A stretch of DNA of 64,000 nucleotides from Candidatus Latescibacterota bacterium (GTDB lineage Bacteria; Latescibacterota; UBA2968; GCA-2709665), in assembly GCA_965222075.1 (NCBI GenBank), contig OZ244937.1:3360001-3424000 (forward strand), written 5' to 3'. The translations under genes and the position numbers were made by a program. The notes under the pieces were generated by a model that saw only the letters and a list, made by a program, of their open reading frames with translations, was not told where the DNA came from and made no database searches. Shown in pieces: positions 28,392 through 37,787 of this stretch. Every line of letters starts with the position of its first letter. Position 1 is the first letter of the stretch.

Positions 28392-29672
28392 ATGTCCGTT
28401 CGGATCGTTCTCGGTGCCCAGTGGGGCGATGAGGGCAAGGCCAAAGTCGTCGACTACCTCACGCGCGATGCCGATATCGTGGTGCGCTACCAGGGTGGGG
28501 CCAATGCGGGCCACACGATCAAGGCGGGCGATCTGGAATTCATCTTCCACCTCATCCCGGCGGGCATCGTCCGCCCGGACAAGACCTGCGTCATCGGAAA
28601 CGGAGTGGTCCTCGATCCCGCGGCCCTATTTCAGGAAATCGACGACCTGAAGGCGCGGGGAATCGCCATCGAAGACCGGCTCTTCATCAGCCCCAATACC
28701 CACCTGGTCTTTCCCTATCACATCTGCCTGGAACAGGCCAGTGAGGAGAAAATCGGGGAGGGCCGCATCGGCACCACCCTGCGGGGCATCGGCCCCGCTT
28801 ACGCGGACAAGATCAACCGGTCCACCGGCATCCGCATCGGCGACCTGCTCGACCCGGACGTCCTCCCGGCAAAAATCCGGGCCAACGTCCGGGAAAAAAA
28901 CGAAATCCTCACCAAACTCTACGGCGGCGACCCCTTAGACGAAATCCCCATCCTGGAAGCATATATCGCCTACGGCGAGCGCATCGCTCCCTTTGTCACC
29001 AACACCTCCGTTTACCTCAACGACGCCATCGAAGCCGGAAAGCGTGTCCTCTTCGAAGGCTCCCAGGGCACCCTCTTAGACATCGATCATGGCACCTACC
29101 CCTACGTTACCTCCTCCAACACCACTGCGGGGGGCGCCTGCACCGGCGCAGGCGTGGGCCCCACGGTAATCGACGAAGTCGTCGGCGTTGCCAAGGCCTA
29201 CACCACCCGGGTGGGCAACGGCCCCTTCCCCACCGAACTCACCGGCGAAACGGGAGATCGCATCCGCGAAATCGGACAGGAATACGGCGCCACGACCGGC
29301 CGGCTCAGGCGCTGCGGCTGGTTCGACGCCGTCATTGTCCGCATGGCCGCCCGGATCAACGGCCTCTCCAGCTTGGCCGTCACCCGGCTTGACATCCTGG
29401 ACGGACTGGAAGAGATCAACATCTGCACGCACTACACCTGCAAAGGCAGCCGGGTCGACCACTTCCCCGTTGACCTCAAGGTCCTGGAAGGCTGCGAGCC
29501 GACCTACGAAACCCTCCCCGGCTGGCAGACTCCCACCAGCGCCATCCGCGCCTGGGACGACCTGCCCGACAACGCCAAATACTATCTCGACCGCATCGTC
29601 GAACTCACCCGCACCCCCATCTCCCTCGTCTCTGTGGGGCCGGATCGGGACGAGACCATCGTGGTTGACTAA
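28392..29672 (+). CDS. purA: Adenylosuccinate synthetase
   Basis: GAQWGDEGKAK, GGANAGHT, GTTLRGIGPAY, TTGRLRRCGWFD. Confidence 0.98.
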   Translation: MSVRIVLGAQWGDEGKAKVVDYLTRDADIVVRYQGGANAGHTIKAGDLEFIFHLIPAGIVRPDKTCVIGNGVVLDPAALFQEIDDLKARGIAIEDRLFISPNTHLVFPYHICLEQASEEKIGEGRIGTTLRGIGPAYADKINRSTGIRIGDLLDPDVLPAKIRANVREKNEILTKLYGGDPLDEIPILEAYIAYGERIAPFVTNTSVYLNDAIEAGKRVLFEGSQGTLLDIDHGTYPYVTSSNTTAGGACTGAGVGPTVIDEVVGVAKAYTTRVGNGPFPTELTGETGDRIREIGQEYGATTGRLRRCGWFDAVIVRMAARINGLSSLAVTRLDILDGLEEINICTHYTCKGSRVDHFPVDLKVLEGCEPTYETLPGWQTPTSAIRAWDDLPDNAKYYLDRIVELTRTPISLVSVGPDRDETIVVD

Positions 29673-29680
29673 CCTGAGAC

Positions 29681-29745
29681 GTAGGGGCAACCCTCGTGGT
29701 TGCCCGGGTAAACGTGGACCGGGCGCCCACAAGGGACGCCCCTAC
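29681..29745. repeat. GTAG-type REP doublet between convergent genes
   Basis: gtaggggcaaccctcgtggttgccc ... gggcgcccacaagggacgcccctac; related half-sites near 23969 and 5440. Confidence 0.75.
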
Positions 29746-31151
29746 GGTTCCGTGCAGGATGATGATCGCGCATACAGCTTCTCCATTTCCGCCTCCACCG
29801 CCAGGATTTCCAAATTTGTATCCCGCCTCTTAATCCGCTCCACCTGCCGGGGGGTGCGCCGCTTTGCAGGCCACCGATCCGCATCCGAGACCCGCAGCAG
29901 CACCCGGCTCACCACCGAGGCCGCCTCCCGCAGGTCGGATAAGCGGATCTTGTCCAGCGTGTCAAACGCGGTGTGGCCGAACCCCCGGCCCATGAAAGCC
30001 GCTTCGACATCTCCCATACTCGCCGTGGGCACGCCTTCTTCGAAGAATGGAAAGTGGTCCGAAAAGGCGGAGGAGCGGTGGCCGTAGGGCATATCATACC
30101 TCATCTGCTCCCGAGCGGTCTCAAAAAAGGCGTCGAGTTCCGGCCAGTGGTGCAGAATGACCCCCTTCCGCCCTTGCCCGCCGGCCGAGTCTAAGTTGAG
30201 CATCAGACGGATCTGGGAGAGCTCCTCAGCGTGGGCGGCCACGTACTCCCTGGCGCCGATCAGGCCGATCTCCTCCGTGCCGAAAGCGATAAACCGGATG
30301 CCGCAGCCCAGCCGATCGGACGCATAGGCCGACAACACGCGGGCGGCCTCCATCACCACCGCCATGCCGGATACCGGATCGTGCGCGCCCTGCGAAATGT
30401 CGTGCCCGTCGTAGTGGCACCCCACAATCGCCCACTCCTCCGGATACCGATTGCCGGGAAGCTCCCCGACCACGTTCCACGACGTGCGGGTGCGCGTCTG
30501 GTTGCGCGTCTTCAGACGGAGCCGGCCCGGCCCTTTCCGCTGCTGCATGCGCAGCAGGAATTCCCCCCACTCCTTGGAGACCGAGATCCCGGGAATCAGC
30601 GCCTCCCGGTTGCGGGCAATGCTGCCCGTAGCAGGCCCTAACCCCTCGTAGTGGTTCATAAAGATAAATCCCACGGCTCCGGCCAGCGCGCTACGGGAAT
30701 ACTTTTCGGAGCGGTGCACATTCCGCCCCAGCCCCTGCGGCGGACGGCTGGTCGCCATCGCGAACTTCCCTCTCAGCGACCGCCCTGCCCGCTCAAAATC
30801 GGCCGGCGCTCCGTCTCCCACAAAGACCAGTTCGGCCTCTAAGGTCGCAGAGGGGCAGTACGGCAGCGCAATGCACGGAATCTCCATCTCCAGCGGTTCT
30901 ACCACCTCAAGCCGGGTCTCTCCCCGCGCCCAGGACGCGTACTGGTACGGCTCCATCCGCGCCTGGAAAAGCCCATATTCCCGGAACTTCTCCCGGAAAA
31001 AGATCGCTGCCTGCCGCTCCCCTGGCGTCCCTCCGAACCGCGACCCGAAATCGTCGCACAGCACCGCCAGATTGTCCATCGGTTCCAAAGAGGTGTGAAT
31101 ATCCCCCAGCATCTGCCGGTCAACCTCCAAATAAGGGTTCTCCACGCTCAC
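29742..31151 (-). CDS. M28 family peptidase with PA domain
   Basis: GCHYDGHD, GAHDPVSG, GTEEIGLIG, SDHFPF, GHTAFDT; GTG start after RBS AAGGAG. Confidence 0.88.
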   Translation of the reverse strand: MSVENPYLEVDRQMLGDIHTSLEPMDNLAVLCDDFGSRFGGTPGERQAAIFFREKFREYGLFQARMEPYQYASWARGETRLEVVEPLEMEIPCIALPYCPSATLEAELVFVGDGAPADFERAGRSLRGKFAMATSRPPQGLGRNVHRSEKYSRSALAGAVGFIFMNHYEGLGPATGSIARNREALIPGISVSKEWGEFLLRMQQRKGPGRLRLKTRNQTRTRTSWNVVGELPGNRYPEEWAIVGCHYDGHDISQGAHDPVSGMAVVMEAARVLSAYASDRLGCGIRFIAFGTEEIGLIGAREYVAAHAEELSQIRLMLNLDSAGGQGRKGVILHHWPELDAFFETAREQMRYDMPYGHRSSAFSDHFPFFEEGVPTASMGDVEAAFMGRGFGHTAFDTLDKIRLSDLREAASVVSRVLLRVSDADRWPAKRRTPRQVERIKRRDTNLEILAVEAEMEKLYARSSSCTEP

Positions 31152-31420
31152 TTCTGTCTCCTTATATGTGTATGATTCGGTCCTCCCGCCTGTCCTATTC
31201 CCTGCCATGTTATAACCTCTTGAACCCCAAAAGTCAAACGGGTACGCCCACCTGTCCGGCTTTTTGTTCCACCCCACCCCAGTCACGAGTCCTCCACCAC
31301 CCCGCCACGTTTCGACTTTGACCCACGACTTGCCACGATCTTCGTCGCATTTTTCTTGCATTCTTCATAACTCTCGGATTTACAGAAAGTTTTTAATATT
31401 CCTCTCGAAAAAGAAAGAGG

Positions 31421-31448
31421 TTGACGGCACGTGAAAGTTTGGTATATT
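31421..31448 (+). promoter_or_regulatory. Promoter
   Basis: TTGACG-16 bp-TATATT with an extended TG. Confidence 0.55.
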
Positions 31449-31498
31449 TCCGGTAGAATTCGCCAGATAACACGCAGTAAGGAACGGAGGAACGAGGG

Positions 31499-32080
31499 AT
31501 GGGCACCGCCGTGCTGGATAAGAACGAAATCCTGTCCAGAATCAAAAAAACCGGAAGTCTGGTCGGCGAGAACCTCTCAGGCATCGACCTCGAAGGCGTT
31601 GACCTCTCCGGCGTTGACCTCTCCCGTGCGGTCTTAGACAACGCCCGGTTAAAGGGCGCCAACCTCGCTGAGGCCAGGCTCCATGAAGCCAGCCTCAAAG
31701 GGGCGGACTTAAGCGGTGCAAACCTGCAGCAGGCCTACCTCGTTGCCGCCGACCTCCTGGGAGCCAACGCAGAGGGGACCAACCTGGAGGGGGCCTTCCT
31801 TTCCGGAGCCGTTCTCGGAGGCGCCAATTTCAGCAACGCCAACCTCAAACGCGCACGGCTGGGGGTGGTTCAGGCCGCCTTTCCCAATCCCTCGGGCCGG
31901 CCGACCAGCTTCCGGAATGCCGACCTGGAAGAGGCCGTTGTGGGCGCCACCGACTTCCTGGGGACCGACCTTCGGGGGGCCAACCTGAAACGGACCTTCC
32001 TCTATGAGGCCAAACTCCGGGGCGCCATTGTGGACAAAGCGCAGTTCGAAGGCGCCATCACCATGGCAGAATCTTATTAA
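31499..32080 (+). CDS. Pentapeptide repeat protein
   Basis: Continuous A(D/N)Lxx repeats. Confidence 0.92.
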   Translation: MGTAVLDKNEILSRIKKTGSLVGENLSGIDLEGVDLSGVDLSRAVLDNARLKGANLAEARLHEASLKGADLSGANLQQAYLVAADLLGANAEGTNLEGAFLSGAVLGGANFSNANLKRARLGVVQAAFPNPSGRPTSFRNADLEEAVVGATDFLGTDLRGANLKRTFLYEAKLRGAIVDKAQFEGAITMAESY

Positions 32081-32139
32081 TTGCGGATTGCGGAATAAAG
32101 GCTTTTCAATCCCAAATCCGCAACCCGAAATTGCTCGAT

Positions 32140-33162
32140 ATGTCCTACACACTGACAGACACCCTCCACAGGCCTCTCAAAGACCTGAGGATCTCCGTCA
32201 CCGACAGGTGCAACTTTCGGTGCCCCTACTGCATGCCTGCTGAAATCTTCGGGGAGAAGTACGAATTCCTCCCCAAAACGGAGATCCTGACCTTCGAGGA
32301 AATCGTCCGGCTGGCGCGTCTCTTTGTCCAGCTCGGAGCCGAAAAAATCAGGGTCACAGGCGGAGAACCCCTCCTGCGTCGGGAGCTTGAAACCCTGATT
32401 GCTCGGCTCGCAGGCATAAAGGGAGTGAAGGACCTCACCCTCACCACCAACGGCTACCTCCTGCCCCAGAATGCCCGCGCCCTCAAAGAGGCCGGCCTGC
32501 ACCGGATCACGGTGAGCGTAGACACCCTGGACGAGGAGACCTTCAAACAGATGAACGGCCGGGGCTACAGCGTGGGCCGGGTGCTCGAGGGCATCCGTAA
32601 AGCGGAGGAAGTTGGCTTTCACCCCATCAAAATCAACGCCGTAGTGCAAAAAGGCACCAACGACCACACCCTCGTCGACCTGGCCGGGTATTTCCACGGC
32701 ACGGGGCACATCCTCCGCTTCATCGAATACATGGACGTGGGCACCCGGAACGCGTGGGAACTGGGCCATGTCGTCCCTGCCGCCGAAATCGTCCAGCGCA
32801 TCCATGCGGTCCTGCCTCTTGAGCCCGTCGAGCCCAATTACATCGGAGAAGTCGCCAGGCGCTACCGCTACTTAGACGGCGGCGGAGAGATCGGAATCAT
32901 CGCCTCGGTCACCCGGCCCTTTTGTGGGGACTGCACCCGGGCCCGGCTCTCTACCGACGGAAAGCTCTACACCTGCCTCTTTGCAGGCCAGGGCACCAGC
33001 CTCAGAGACGCCATGCGGGCCGGGGCGGACGACGGGGAACTCCTGGATCTCATCCAGTCCGTCTGGACGCGCAGGGAGGACCGGTATTCCGAACTTAGAA
33101 CCGCCCAGACGGAAAGGGCCGGCCGGCTCCCCAAAATCGAAATGTACCAGATCGGAGGGTAA
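32140..33162 (+). CDS. moaA: GTP 3',8-cyclase
   Basis: LRISVTDRCNFRCPYCMP, FCGDCTRARL..C, C-terminal IGG. Confidence 0.97.
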   Translation: MSYTLTDTLHRPLKDLRISVTDRCNFRCPYCMPAEIFGEKYEFLPKTEILTFEEIVRLARLFVQLGAEKIRVTGGEPLLRRELETLIARLAGIKGVKDLTLTTNGYLLPQNARALKEAGLHRITVSVDTLDEETFKQMNGRGYSVGRVLEGIRKAEEVGFHPIKINAVVQKGTNDHTLVDLAGYFHGTGHILRFIEYMDVGTRNAWELGHVVPAAEIVQRIHAVLPLEPVEPNYIGEVARRYRYLDGGGEIGIIASVTRPFCGDCTRARLSTDGKLYTCLFAGQGTSLRDAMRAGADDGELLDLIQSVWTRREDRYSELRTAQTERAGRLPKIEMYQIGG

Positions 33163-33210
33163 AGACAGGGGAATAGGGGGTAGAACCTGGAATCTTCTTC
33201 AGAAAATAGC

Positions 33211-33276
33211 TTGACAGACGTCATTTTTCTTTTATTATTAAAAACATATTATTCTTGATCAAGTTACTTAAGAATA
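33211..33276 (+). promoter_or_regulatory. Promoter plus palindromic operator upstream of the reductase gene
   Basis: TTGACA-16 bp-TATTAT, then TATTCTT...AAGAATA inverted repeat (33250-33276). Confidence 0.55.
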
Positions 33277-33310
33277 CACCTCTTCTATCAACCCTCACAG
33301 GGGGTGTCTT

Positions 33311-35569
33311 GTGGGCGAGCCGACGACATGGAAAGAGAAACTGGCCGATCGTATCCCCGACGACCTCGGTCGGGAAGTCGATATTTTCAAGACCCAGATC
33401 GAGCTGAGAAGGCAGGGCAAGCTCGACGAGGTGGTCTTCATGGAAACCCGCCTGCGGCGGGGCATCTACGGGCAGCGTTACGACAACGGGCAGCGTTTTG
33501 ACGGCACGCAGACCCAGACGCTGAACTACCCCTCCGGGGACCTGATCAAAGGTCCGAACACCGTCTGGGACGCCCCGGGGATGCAGCGCATCAAGATCCC
33601 CTTTGGCGGCCTGACCGCAGAACAGATGGACGTCCTGGCCGACCTCTCAGAAGAGTACTCCGACGACATCGCTCACATCACCACCCGCCAGGACATCCAG
33701 CTCCACTACGTCCACATCGACGATACCATCGACCTGATGCGCCGGCTGGCCACAGTTGGCATCACCACTCGCGAGGCCTGCGGAAACTCAGTCCGCAACG
33801 TCACCGCCTGCCCCCTGTCGGGCGTCTGCCAAACCGAGACCTTCGATGTAACGCCCTACGCCAGAGCCTGCGCCGGATTCCTCCTGGGCCATCCGGATGT
33901 CCAGGACTTCGGCCGCAAATTCAAGATCGCCTTCTCCGGCTGCAAGCACGAGGCCTGCGGACTAACCACCATGCACGACATGGGCGCCATTGCCGTCAAA
34001 AAGACCGTCGACGGTAGGGAGGTCCGCGGCTTCGAACTCTACGTGGGCGGGGGACTGGGGGCGGTGCCGCACCAGGCCAAGCGCTTCGACGAATTCCTGC
34101 CCGAAGAGGAACTCCTGCCCACCGCGCAGGCCATAGGTCGGGTATTCGCCCGGCTGGGCGAGAAGAAAAACCGCAACCGCGCCCGGATCAAGTTCCTGGT
34201 GGCCAAACTCGGCATTGAGGAATTTAAACGACTCGTCCTGGAGGAGCGGGAAACGATGCCGGAGGACCCCCGGTGGGTCGCCTTCCTCTCCGACCTGCAC
34301 GCCCACGACGAGGAGCCTCTCAGGATCGCTCAGCCGCTGGACGGCGTCGTCAGGCCCGAAGGATTTGATGAATGGTACCGGACCAATGTCTACCCCCAGC
34401 GCCAGGACGGATACGCAGTCGCCACGGTCACCCTCCCCTTAGGCGACATCACGGCCAATCAGTTTCGCGCCCTGGCCGACATCGCCCGCCGCTTTGTCAA
34501 AGACACCGTTCGCACCACCGTAGAGCAGAACATCCTGCTGCGCTGGGTCAGCGAGGCCGACCTGCCCGAACTCTATGCCGCCCTCAAAGCAATCGGCCTG
34601 CACGAACCGGGCGCGGGCACGATCGTAGACGTCACCGCCTGCCCGGGCACGGACACCTGCAAGCTTGGCATCGCCTCCTCTCGAGGGCTTGCGGGCGAAC
34701 TCCGCACGCGTCTGGCGGAAAAGAGCCTCCAACTTGATCAGGCCGTTGAGAACTTGCGCATCAAAATCAGCGGCTGCTTCAACGCCTGCGGCCAGCACCA
34801 CGCCGCCGACCTCGGTTTCTACGGCATCAGCCGAAAATTCAACGGCTACACCGTCCCCCACTTCCAGGTCGTCTTAGGCGGGCAGTGGACTGAAAATGCC
34901 TCCTCCTACGGGCTGCCCATGGGTGCGATTCCCTCCAAGCGAATCCCGGACGCGGTGGCCCGCATCACCGAAAACTACATCCAGGGCCGGAACAGGGAAG
35001 AGAGCTTCCAGGACTACGTCAAACGCGTCGGCAAAGTGCGGGTTAAAGAACTCTTGAACGACCTCACCGAGGTCCCCGTCTACGACCTCGATTCCTCCTT
35101 CTACAGCGACTGGGGCGATACCCGGGTGTTCACCACCGGAGACATGGGCAAAGGCGAGTGCGCCGGCGAAATCGTCCCGCTGGTCCAGTTTGAACTCACC
35201 GCCTGCGAGCGGGAGGCCTTTGAGGCCCTGGTCCACTTAGACGATGGCAACTACGAAAATGCGGCCAGGACCGCCTGCACCGCCATGCTCCACGCGGCCA
35301 GGGCCCTGATCAAAACCCAGTTTCTGGACATCCCGGAGGAGCCGGACAGGATCATCGAGGAATTCCGCAGGCGTTTCTTAGACACCGAACTCTTCTTCGA
35401 CCCTTTCGCCAAGGACAAGTTTGCCAGATATCTGTTTAAAGCGCACGAGGAAGAGCAGAATGGGGTAGACTACACCCCGGACCTGGCCCACCAGCGGATC
35501 GAGGAGGCCCAGCTCTTCATCGAAGCCACCCACAGCTGCTACGGCCGGATGAACGTAGTCACCGCCTGA
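33311..35569 (+). CDS. Ferredoxin-dependent nitrite/sulfite reductase (siroheme, 4Fe-4S) with C-terminal extension
   Basis: GIYGQR, HITTRQDIQ, RKFKIAFSGC, ACPGTDTCKLG, SGCFNACGQH. Confidence 0.9.
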   Translation: MGEPTTWKEKLADRIPDDLGREVDIFKTQIELRRQGKLDEVVFMETRLRRGIYGQRYDNGQRFDGTQTQTLNYPSGDLIKGPNTVWDAPGMQRIKIPFGGLTAEQMDVLADLSEEYSDDIAHITTRQDIQLHYVHIDDTIDLMRRLATVGITTREACGNSVRNVTACPLSGVCQTETFDVTPYARACAGFLLGHPDVQDFGRKFKIAFSGCKHEACGLTTMHDMGAIAVKKTVDGREVRGFELYVGGGLGAVPHQAKRFDEFLPEEELLPTAQAIGRVFARLGEKKNRNRARIKFLVAKLGIEEFKRLVLEERETMPEDPRWVAFLSDLHAHDEEPLRIAQPLDGVVRPEGFDEWYRTNVYPQRQDGYAVATVTLPLGDITANQFRALADIARRFVKDTVRTTVEQNILLRWVSEADLPELYAALKAIGLHEPGAGTIVDVTACPGTDTCKLGIASSRGLAGELRTRLAEKSLQLDQAVENLRIKISGCFNACGQHHAADLGFYGISRKFNGYTVPHFQVVLGGQWTENASSYGLPMGAIPSKRIPDAVARITENYIQGRNREESFQDYVKRVGKVRVKELLNDLTEVPVYDLDSSFYSDWGDTRVFTTGDMGKGECAGEIVPLVQFELTACEREAFEALVHLDDGNYENAARTACTAMLHAARALIKTQFLDIPEEPDRIIEEFRRRFLDTELFFDPFAKDKFARYLFKAHEEEQNGVDYTPDLAHQRIEEAQLFIEATHSCYGRMNVVTA

Positions 35570-35731
35570 AACGCCGGGCACCGCCCTCCTACGAGGCCAC
35601 TGCACGACGGTCGACCCCAATCGTAATCTCAGGGGCAGCAGGCGTTGGGGGCCTGCACCGCAGGCACCCGGAGCACAGGGCCAGGGCTTGCCACAGGGCC
35701 AAATTTTAAATTTTGAAAATCCATACGCCAC

Positions 35732-36307
35732 ATGGACCTGCACAAAATCAACGTCAAATTCTACCTGCAAGACGGTCAGGACATCGAACCGGAGGCCTGG
35801 TTTCGGACCTTCAGCACCTGGATCCCGGACACCCCGGATGAAGTCCTGGTCGACGTTGCCGATTACAGCCATGTCCACCAGGGCCCCGTCACCCTCCTGG
35901 TGGGGCACGAGGCGAACTACAGCATCGACAATACGGACGGGGAACTCGGCCTGCTCTACAACCGCAAGCAGCCCTTAGATGGCGACCTGTCTGAGCGGCT
36001 CCACACGGTCTTCCGCAACGCCCTGAAGGCCTGCCGCCGCCTCGAAGCCGACCCCACCATCGGCGACAAGCTGAGGTTTCGGGGGAATGCGGCCCTGCTT
36101 GTGCTGAACGACCGACTGCCCAATACAGAAGAGATCCTCACGGCCCTCAGACCCGGCCTGGAAGGCCTTCTGGTGGCCCTCTACGCCGGGGCCAACGTCA
36201 GTTCCCGGCGCAATCCGGACCCAAAACGGCGATTTACCCTGAATATCCAGGCAGAAGGAGACTGGGATACCGCCACCCTCCTGAAAAACCTCGAAGGCCA
36301 TTTTTAG
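35732..36307 (+). CDS. Conserved hypothetical protein
   Basis: Clean ORF with host codon usage; DVADYSHVHQGP..GHEANYS. Confidence 0.75.
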   Translation: MDLHKINVKFYLQDGQDIEPEAWFRTFSTWIPDTPDEVLVDVADYSHVHQGPVTLLVGHEANYSIDNTDGELGLLYNRKQPLDGDLSERLHTVFRNALKACRRLEADPTIGDKLRFRGNAALLVLNDRLPNTEEILTALRPGLEGLLVALYAGANVSSRRNPDPKRRFTLNIQAEGDWDTATLLKNLEGHF

Positions 36308-36318
36308 CATTTTGAACC

Positions 36319-36346
36319 TTGACAAACCACAAGAAAGTACTATATT
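36319..36346 (+). promoter_or_regulatory. Promoter of the ferredoxin gene
   Basis: TTGACA-16 bp-TATATT. Confidence 0.6.
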
Positions 36347-36431
36347 TCGATAGGGATCACATTTTGATGTACCAATCGAAAAAAACTGAGCAAGGACTGA
36401 AAAGCATACCTCAAGGAAAGGGGTGAAAAGA

Positions 36432-36701
36432 ATGACCTACATCATCGCCGAACCGTGCATTGATGTCCTGGATAGGGCCTGTGTGGAGGTCTGCCCGGTA
36501 GACTGCATCTACGAGCCGGACGCGGCAGAAATTACCTTGCCTTCGGAAGAACGCTTGAACATGCTCTACATCCATCCGGAGGAGTGCATCGACTGTGGTG
36601 CTTGCGAGCCCGAATGCCCGGTAGAGGCGATCTTCGTGGATGAAGATACGCCCGAAGAATGGAATGAATATATCGAAATCAACGCAAAAGCTTTCGAATA
36701 A
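36432..36701 (+). CDS. Dicluster ferredoxin (FdxA-like)
   Basis: [18 protein letters not shown] and [16 protein letters not shown]. Confidence 0.95.
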   Translation: MTYIIAEPCIDVLDRACVEVCPVDCIYEPDAAEITLPSEERLNMLYIHPEECIDCGACEPECPVEAIFVDEDTPEEWNEYIEINAKAFE

Positions 36702-36728
36702 GCGCCCTGTCGGGCCGAGTTGAAAAGG

Positions 36729-36766
36729 AAAATGCCAGAGTCAGGTTCTCGGCCCTGGCATTTTTC
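36729..36766. terminator. Bidirectional terminator
   Basis: aaaatgccag...ctggcattttt between convergent genes. Confidence 0.75.
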
Positions 36767-36824
36767 ATTTGAAAAACAGGGCCAATGGTTCGCTCAGCAT
36801 CAGGCAACCAACCGCAGGTAAAAC

Positions 36825-37784
36825 TCAGAATTCACCCTGCAGCTCCTTCAGCAGCCCCTCCCATGCCCCTCGCTCGCGGACAGGGTCAACCAGAGGCTTC
36901 AACCCCTTGCACCACGCCTTCAGCCTCGCATAAAAAGCCAAATCCCGCTCCGCCCGCCCCATCAGCTTCGCCAGCGCCTCTGTATCCCACACCGGGAAGT
37001 ACCCCGGATAGTCTTCGCCCAAAAGCCCGATTGACCCGGAAATCCGCGACGAAAGCACCGGCACCGAACAGGCCAGCGCCTCACACACCGCGTTTGCGCC
37101 CCCCTCCATCACCGACGTCAGCACCAGCAGCCGGCTGCGGGCTAAGATGCGGACCGCCTGCCAACGGGGGTGCTCCCCCACCCAGCGGTAGCGCGGGTTG
37201 GACGCCGCCTCCGCCCGGGCTTGGTCCGCCATCTCCTCGCTGAGCGCCCCGCCCACCTGCACCACTTCAACCCGCGACCCCGGAGGCAGCAGCCGGGCAG
37301 CAGCAGCGGCCCGAAACGGATCCTTCACCTCCCGCAGGTGCCCCAGCACACAAACTTCAAACGCCCCCACCCTGGGGGCAAAACGTCCCGGCGGTCACGT
37401 AAAAGATTGCGTGATCACCCGCGCTTTGGGACGCAAACGCTCCGGCAGCTCGGCGATGCCAGCAGGCTGCAGCAGCACAAATCGAGACGCCATCTCCAGG
37501 GACTCCTGCGCCTGAGGGTCGGTATGGATGTCCCCGTACAGGTCCGTCCCCGTCAATGCCAGGACCAGCGGCAGATCCGGGTGCACGCGGTGAAACCGGT
37601 CGATTGAGGCGTGGCTCCGCCGGGCGTGTAATGCCACCATCATATCGCACCGCTGCCCGCCGTATTCCTCCTCAACGGCAACACGGTGCCCCAGGTCCCG
37701 CAGCATCCTCGTCCAGCGCAGCGCCGTCACCCGGTTGCCTTTCCGGGAGCGGGCCGGCGCCGGTGTAACCAGACAGATTTTCAT
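36825..37784 (-). CDS. senB: Selenoneine pathway selenosugar synthase SenB (GT-B glycosyltransferase), interrupted by an in-frame TGA at 37395-37397
   Basis: GNRVTALRW, ALHARRS, LTGTDLY (5' ORF) and GHLREVKDP, MEGGAN (3' ORF) are in the same frame, separated by TGA plus 8 sense codons. Confidence 0.85.
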
Positions 37785-37787
37785 GGC

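Noticed and set aside
35570-35731. Riboswitch between the reductase and the hypothetical gene
   Set aside because: It is GC-rich and could fold, but I could not match SAM, Moco, cobalamin or glycine consensus motifs; an Rfam scan is needed.
37395-37397. Genome-wide UGA reassignment (Trp/Gly) as the explanation for the senB stop
   Set aside because: Many genes here end correctly at TGA (ddl, the reductase, hsdM and several ATGA overlaps), so UGA is a normal stop.
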